Shown one piece after another: positions 57,577 to 64,000 of a stretch of DNA of 64,000 nucleotides. This DNA comes from Octopus vulgaris (taxonomy: Eukaryota), in contig OX597820.1 in assembly GCA_951406725.2 (NCBI GenBank), positions 84,754,001 to 84,818,000 of the forward strand. The letters are read 5' to 3'. The notes beneath the pieces are model-generated. The model was not told the origin of the DNA and did not search any database. It saw only the letters and a list, made by a program, of their open reading frames with translations. Both the position numbers and the translations under genes were made by a program. Each line of letters starts with the position of its first letter. Within the stretch, counting starts at the first letter, position 1.

Positions 57577-60525
57577 CCCACCTCCCTTTTTGGGGATTTC
57601 CTTTCGAACAATTTAATATTTTTTTCTTGGAGTCTAATTCCTGGAATTCTGTATGATTTCTAATCCTTTTACTTGTACGCCTGGGTTCCATCACCTACAG
57701 TAGCATTGATACAAGGAACGTATCGTACACCCATTCCATCGGTTCCTCCAACTACTTTGGTTCACTTTCCACGAATCTCTTTTTTAAGTTGGTTCCTGTG
57801 TCTTTTATGTATGCCATTTCTAACTTTTAACCAATATATCATTTTACTTATGTGGTAGGTAATTTCGCTATCCATTTTTGTATGTCCAGTTTTTTCAGTT
57901 CTTTGTTAACCTGGTCTGTTGCCTCAAATGGTGTATTTCCTTTTGACATACATACAGGCGTTTCGTGTTTTACTGCAATCATTTGTTTCAGCCTTTTGAC
58001 CTCATTTGAACATTCGACTGAGGCGACTATATTTCTATACAAAACATTTGTGGGTGTATCCAATAAAATAAGTAGGTTTGTCCACTCTCTGCCAAATAAA
58101 TTAAGTGAATGTTTTAATACATATAATACATATATCTTAGCCTCTTTCGTTTGACCTCGAAATGCTACGCTACATACGCATATACCTATAACATATAGTC
58201 TTTTTCTCATAAACCAAGTGCTACCTTATAGAATTTATAAAACTTCAGCTTGCCGATATATTTGCACATGTTTTTCGTTTATAATAGTCAGGTCACTACC
58301 ATCACACACCTTATCACCAACATTAGAAATCTTGCTATGTCTTCCTTGGCACTATTCTTTTCTTTCTAGGTAGCAATTTACCAAAAACTTACATTAATTT
58401 CCTAGAACACATCAGTCCCTATAGTGTGCTACCTTCTAGTGTATTCGGATTTGGCGTTACACTTAAAAATTGTTGCAGAGATACCGCATCGGTGCTTTCC
58501 TTATTTGCTTTTATTAAAGCTCTTTTGGAAGTATGAACAAAGCGATGTACCTGTCCATTAGATCTAGGATAGTATATCGCAGTATTATATGTTCTACTGC
58601 GAATATTTCCCAATATTTTTTGTATATGCTCCACATAAATTGCTTTTCCTTGTCATCCATTACTTGTCCTAAGGATTTCATTTTATTTAATCAGCAAGAA
58701 TTCCCACTTTACCTTAACACCAAAGGGAAGCTGATTAAATTTATTATAAGCCATGGTGTGTGTTAAGTTTTAACAAATGTTAACAAATTTAAGCATGTGC
58801 GACGAGCAAATTTAAAAACTCCCTATTGATAAACTTGTGAAAACACTTCGTTTGTCATATTTTTTCTTTTACACGTAAACCATCAGTGTTGACCAGTCAG
58901 CGTGGTCATTCTTTTCAAGTATACCAAGACATTCCAGTCTTACCAGCTCTTTGTTAACCTGGTATAATGCTGCAAATAGTACATTTCTTTTTGGCCTACG
59001 TGCAAGTATTTCGTGTTTTACTGAAAGGTTTTCGTTTCAGTCTTTTGGTCTCATTTGAACCTTCGACTGAGGCGACAATATTTCTGCACAAAGCACATGT
59101 GGGTAAGTCCCATAAATTAAATAGCTGAATCTACTATCTGCCAAATAAATTAAGTAAGTGTTTTAATATATATAATACACATATCATAGCTTCTTTCGTT
59201 TGACCTCGAAATGTTACTTTACACACGGATTCACCGATAAAATATAATGTATTTCCAGTAACATGTGCTACCTTTTTTAGATTTAATTAATTTCGGCTTA
59301 CACACACATTTCCATGTTTGTTTGTTTTTTTGTTTATAATAGTCATGTCACTACCTGTGTCGAACTTCAATTTTACACTTGTATTTTTAACTTTCATATT
59401 TATGAATTTTCGGTTCCTTGTATTACCCATTATTTTCGATGTAAAACTAATTACATTTTTCTCATTGTTCTCACGTTTTATTATTTTCGTTCTACTGTGC
59501 GACATTATATAACCTAGATTTCCATAAAGAAAATACTCCACTTTTTTAGATGAACAATTTTTCCTCGGGTGTATACCTCCACATGCAAAACATGAGTTTA
59601 AATCCTGATGTGTTCTTTTTGGAAAATACATTATCTCTATTCAGACTATTCCGCACTGGTTTTACCTGGAAACAATCTTTACATAAAATTTCCTCTGTGT
59701 CGTGTCTTAATTTAAGTATCATTTTACATTCATCAGACACTTTTTGCAGTGTTACACCTGGCTTTGCTCCATCTTTGCAAGAATTGTAGTTCTGACTTCT
59801 GCGTCGTTTTCGGCAGTTAGTCCCCGTGTAAAACTTAGGTATTTGAACATATTTGGAGTTAACTTATCCAGCTTAATCTTCTCGGATTCCCGGTAGCTGT
59901 ACCAGCATATGTGATGAAGTCTTCGTTGTTGTTTTTCTCAATATCCAGACATTTCCATCATTTGTTGAACGGTGAGCTTTTTTCAGTGAAAATCTTACAC
60001 AATACATCTATTACGGTATCATTCATGTACAGTTGGCGTCAGGTTTCTTAACATTAAGCGAGTTTTCTTATTGTTGTCCCAATCATTACTTTCTCTTTCG
60101 AAGTTTTGCCCGTATCTTTTGTAGTATGCTCTCAAGGCAGCTGCTTCGTCAGATTCGTTTTGGAATTCAGTTATTGAATTCGCAACATAGTCTTGCGAGA
60201 ACATTTTTTTTACGCTTTCCTGACGACATCAGTAACTGCAGCATTTGTTGCTGAAATATTAATTGTTGTTGGCATTGCTTCTGTTATTTCTCTTGCTGTT
60301 GTATCTCCTGTTGTTGCTCTTGCAGTTGTATCAGCTGTTGTTCTTTCAACTGTTGTTGTTATTGTCGCTGCTTTTGTAACCCAAGCAAACAGGGCATTAA
60401 ATTTTCAATAATTTTACGATTTTTCGGAAACTTTACACAGCGAAAACACTTCTGAGTTTCTTAGCTCCTCTACAAGTTTATATTAACTCCACATGAATTG
60501 GTTTATCCTCTTCGCCACTGTTATA
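57577..60525 (-). mobile_element. Internally deleted, degenerate Ty3/Gypsy LTR retrotransposon
   Basis: Minus strand: LTR end ...ATAACA followed by PBS-like GTGGCGAAGAGGA (~60506-60519). Gln-rich gag, CFACGGIHPRKNC knuckle, protease LKFDTGSDMTII, integrase remnant YYPRSNGQVHRFV and PPT AAAAGGGAGGTGGG. No RT/RNaseH recognised. Confidence 0.85.
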
Positions 60526-62787
60526 AAGCGGTATTTTGCCACTGTTTCGCCTATCTATGTATGACGATTGTTACATTCCGAAGTCGTCGATATAATGTTT
60601 CCATCTGGCACTGCACAACCCCCACTCATACATTGTTATTATCCTCAAACGGATAATAACCAACCAGTAACACAGTATAATTACTATATCAGCACAGACA
60701 CGACAATAAACACAATCTACACGTACTCTGTTATTCAAAGTACTCTTGATACTGGCCGGCATCACCTTACTGATTCATTCCACAAATCAGGTGGGAAGGG
60801 TGTACCATTATTACTAATTCCCTACAGCTTTATGTTCTCATGTGTGAGTCCTAGGACAAAACGTAGACAGAGTAGACGAGGTCAACAACTATTTCAATAT
60901 AGGAAACGCTTAATCCGTTCTTGACGAGTAGACAATAGTTCTGTACCGTAAGTATCAGACCATTTGTGCTATTATTGACTCTCGCTTTTACAGGATATTT
61001 GCAGTCGTTTCTAGAGAGTTATTGCCCATGTGTAATACCTGAAATGAGATATCTATATGACCACTGACTTCCTATAGATTACACATATGAAAAAGAGAGT
61101 ATGTATTTAAAAAAAACGAATAAAATGTGAAACTAATATGGACACAAACTTACAAGAGCTAAATAGTGGCTTATTATTTCTGTCAATACACAAGAATGTA
61201 CTCGCAATAGTGTTTCTTGAAAAAATTTAAATGCTCCAGAAACAATCTTCGGGTCGTAATAAGAGGGATTTAGGTAAAGTAATTGCTGCATGAGCAACTT
61301 TTTATAGTCCTAATCAGTTTGGATCAGCAGCAAGTTATCATAAGCTTCTTTTCTTCTCAACTTTGCAAAAGAATTGACTAATATCGATAAGAATAAAATT
61401 TACAACACCAATACGTTATTCCGATAATGCTTACGTTTAGACTTGTATAGCCTTGGAGAGAAATCATGTTCAGACTTTAAGTTATTGTCAAAAGTATTCT
61501 ATTTCAAGATGGATGAGTTACAAAAAGGTATGCCTTTGCAGCATCATTTTTAACAGAAAGTCTACAGGATGATGCATGAAGATGGAAGTATGGCTGTGAA
61601 ACGATCTAGCATACGATTGGAATACGGGTGAATTCTAGATAATACAGGATTTGTATTTGACATTTTCTTGATTTCCATTTTGTTCAAAATATATAGACAC
61701 CCAGCAAATTACCAAAGATATCGATGAGGGTAATGCTGAAACATAATGTACGTAAGAGCTTAAAGAAGGAACTTCTCACTTTCATTTGCAACAGTGTTAC
61801 TTTTTAATACCTAGATTTGTTTCCTGCGGAAGTAACCCGAGATATTGTATTTCACACAATATCTGATCTCCAAGAATACATTCAAGACGTTGAGAGTTAT
61901 GGGGTTCCAACAGCATTTCCCATCACATCATTATACGTGCAGATTTTTTTCACAGAAGAATTTTAAATAACTATATTATGTGTGTTTAAAGGCCTCAGAT
62001 GTGATGATTAAATCAAGCTGACGATCCATGATGCGTAATCACATTCGTTATACACTGAGCAAAGCTTGAAATTGATCGATATAAATATTCTGAATAGCAA
62101 CAACAAAATCAACAAACTATAACATTCTCGAGTGTTCGGCAATATTATAATCACTGTCACTTTACTAAATACCACAAACAAAAATAAAATAAAAATGCAA
62201 TAGAAGTTAATATTTCAGAATTAAAATGGCCATACTTGGCTAATAAGTTGATTATTTTCAGAAAATATTCAAATACAAATTCATCTTGGATTTACCGTTC
62301 TTATTTACCGCAGGAGATTTATGAGCTATTCTGAGATGCTATTTTTTCCAAACGTATTATAGAAATCTTGTCAAAATTTAAATGAGTAAACGGTAATAAA
62401 TAACATTAATTCAAAAGAAAAGTGGAAACTATTTAACAATGCACATAAACCATTTCTTGAAAAAAGTAACAACAAATATCACTGAAACAAAATGCATAAA
62501 TCTCAGGGAGAGGTGGAGGAGAGAGAGAGAGCGAGAGGGATGTATCAAAATACTACAAACAGTTTGAAAAATGTATAAAATATAAATCAATTATATTGTT
62601 TTGCACATTTAAATTGAAATATTAAATAGGGATTAGGCTCACATATATAAACAATACACAAACGTGTTAATGATGATGAGCATATGGTGTAATAGACAAA
62701 CACACACTCACACGCACACACAGAAACTCACATACACACATATATATGCATATTTACATGTATGTATATATACATATTATAAATAAT

Positions 62788-62828
<41 letters not shown>

Positions 62829-62898
62829 CGCGTATGTGTGTATATGCGTGTATGTAAGCACACACATATATATATAAATACAGATATATATAAATACA

Positions 62899-62950
<52 letters not shown>

Positions 62951-62986
62951 CATATATATGTATATATAAATATATGAGAGAGAGAC

Positions 62987-63021
62987 GAATGCAATTGCGA
63001 ATGCAATTGCGAATGCAATTG
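62987..63021. repeat. 3x 12-bp tandem repeat GAATGCAATTGC
   Basis: Direct reading. The third copy is imperfect at its end. Confidence 0.85.
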
Positions 63022-63533
63022 TGTGCGTATATGAATGCAAATGCATTTATATAACAAGTTATGTGACCGTATCTAAAAAGAATAAACATAATATTACACA
63101 CAATAATATATTTTGACATGTGTGTGTATGTGCGTCACGTGCATGTTTTTGATTGAGAGCGTGTGTATATAACTTTTCTATTTTCTACAACACTTACCGG
63201 CGGGAAAATGTTATTTATGTAAAGATACACCTGCAACATAAGAAATAATATAAAATATTTTAACAATGATGGACATTACCAACTACTATAGAATCCCAAC
63301 GTATTCGGTAGTTTCCTTTCAAAAGAAGTTTGAAGAATTACGATGCAAATAACCATTGCGACATGTATATGTGCGGACATATGTTCGTGTTAACGAAGAA
63401 CAACACATTTCTATGAAGAGTAGAGAATTCGAAAAGTGTTGCCCAAATGATGTTTCTAAAGACATTATGTAATCCCATATAATGGCACAAAAGTATGCCA
63501 AACTCTCACACACAAAAACAGACATACATGCGA

Positions 63534-63690
63534 AGGAGTAACCGTGTGGTAAGTACCTTGATTAGGAACCACATGGTTCCGAGTTCACTCCCACTGCGTG
63601 ACACCTAAGGCAAGTGTCTTCTACTATAGTCTCTGACCAAGCAAATACTTGTGAGTGGATTTGGTAAAGGGAAACTGAAAGACGCCCGTC

Positions 63691-63743
<53 letters not shown>

Positions 63744-64000
63744 TAATAATAAAAAATTAGGGAATAAATCCAAACTTACAGGGAAAAATCAGATATAGGA
63801 TTGAATCCAATTTTATAGTAAAAGATTATATTATATTAAATATCCCCCGAACATCGCTTGACAACCGATGCTGGTCTGTTTACGTCCCCGTAACTTAGCA
63901 GTTCGGCAAAATTGACTGATAGAATAAATACTAGGCTTACAAAGAATAAGTCCTAGGGTCGATTTTCTCGACTAAAAGTGGTACTCCAGCATGGCCACAG
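63534..64000 (+). mobile_element. SINE family A copy with a ~95-bp insert in its TA tract; runs off the window end
   Basis: Matches 1933-2330 on both sides of 63750-63843. Confidence 0.8.

Overview
AT-rich, microsatellite-dense metazoan non-coding DNA. The SINE families resemble those I recall from Octopus (inference, not searched). I found no intact host protein-coding gene. The window is a mosaic of decayed transposons: an ORF1-only L1/Tx1-like element, several Penelope-like elements (PLEs) with inverted pseudo-LTRs (pLTRs), Tc1/mariner relics, an R4/Dong-like fragment next to (TAA)n, a degenerate LINE RT, a deleted Ty3/Gypsy element carrying a GG-terminal MITE, and at least three SINE families. 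The most interesting signal is a set of small elements inside (TA)n tracts carrying type-I hammerhead-ribozyme (HHR)-like motifs with palindromic helix III. These are a young, highly structured 361-nt retrozyme-like unit (19329-20225), a near-perfect ~727-bp palindrome with an HHR in each arm (18562-19288), and a canonical HHR at 27034-27127. The first two share a non-canonical CCGANGA core. All folds and alignments were done by eye, and boundaries of decayed elements are approximate.
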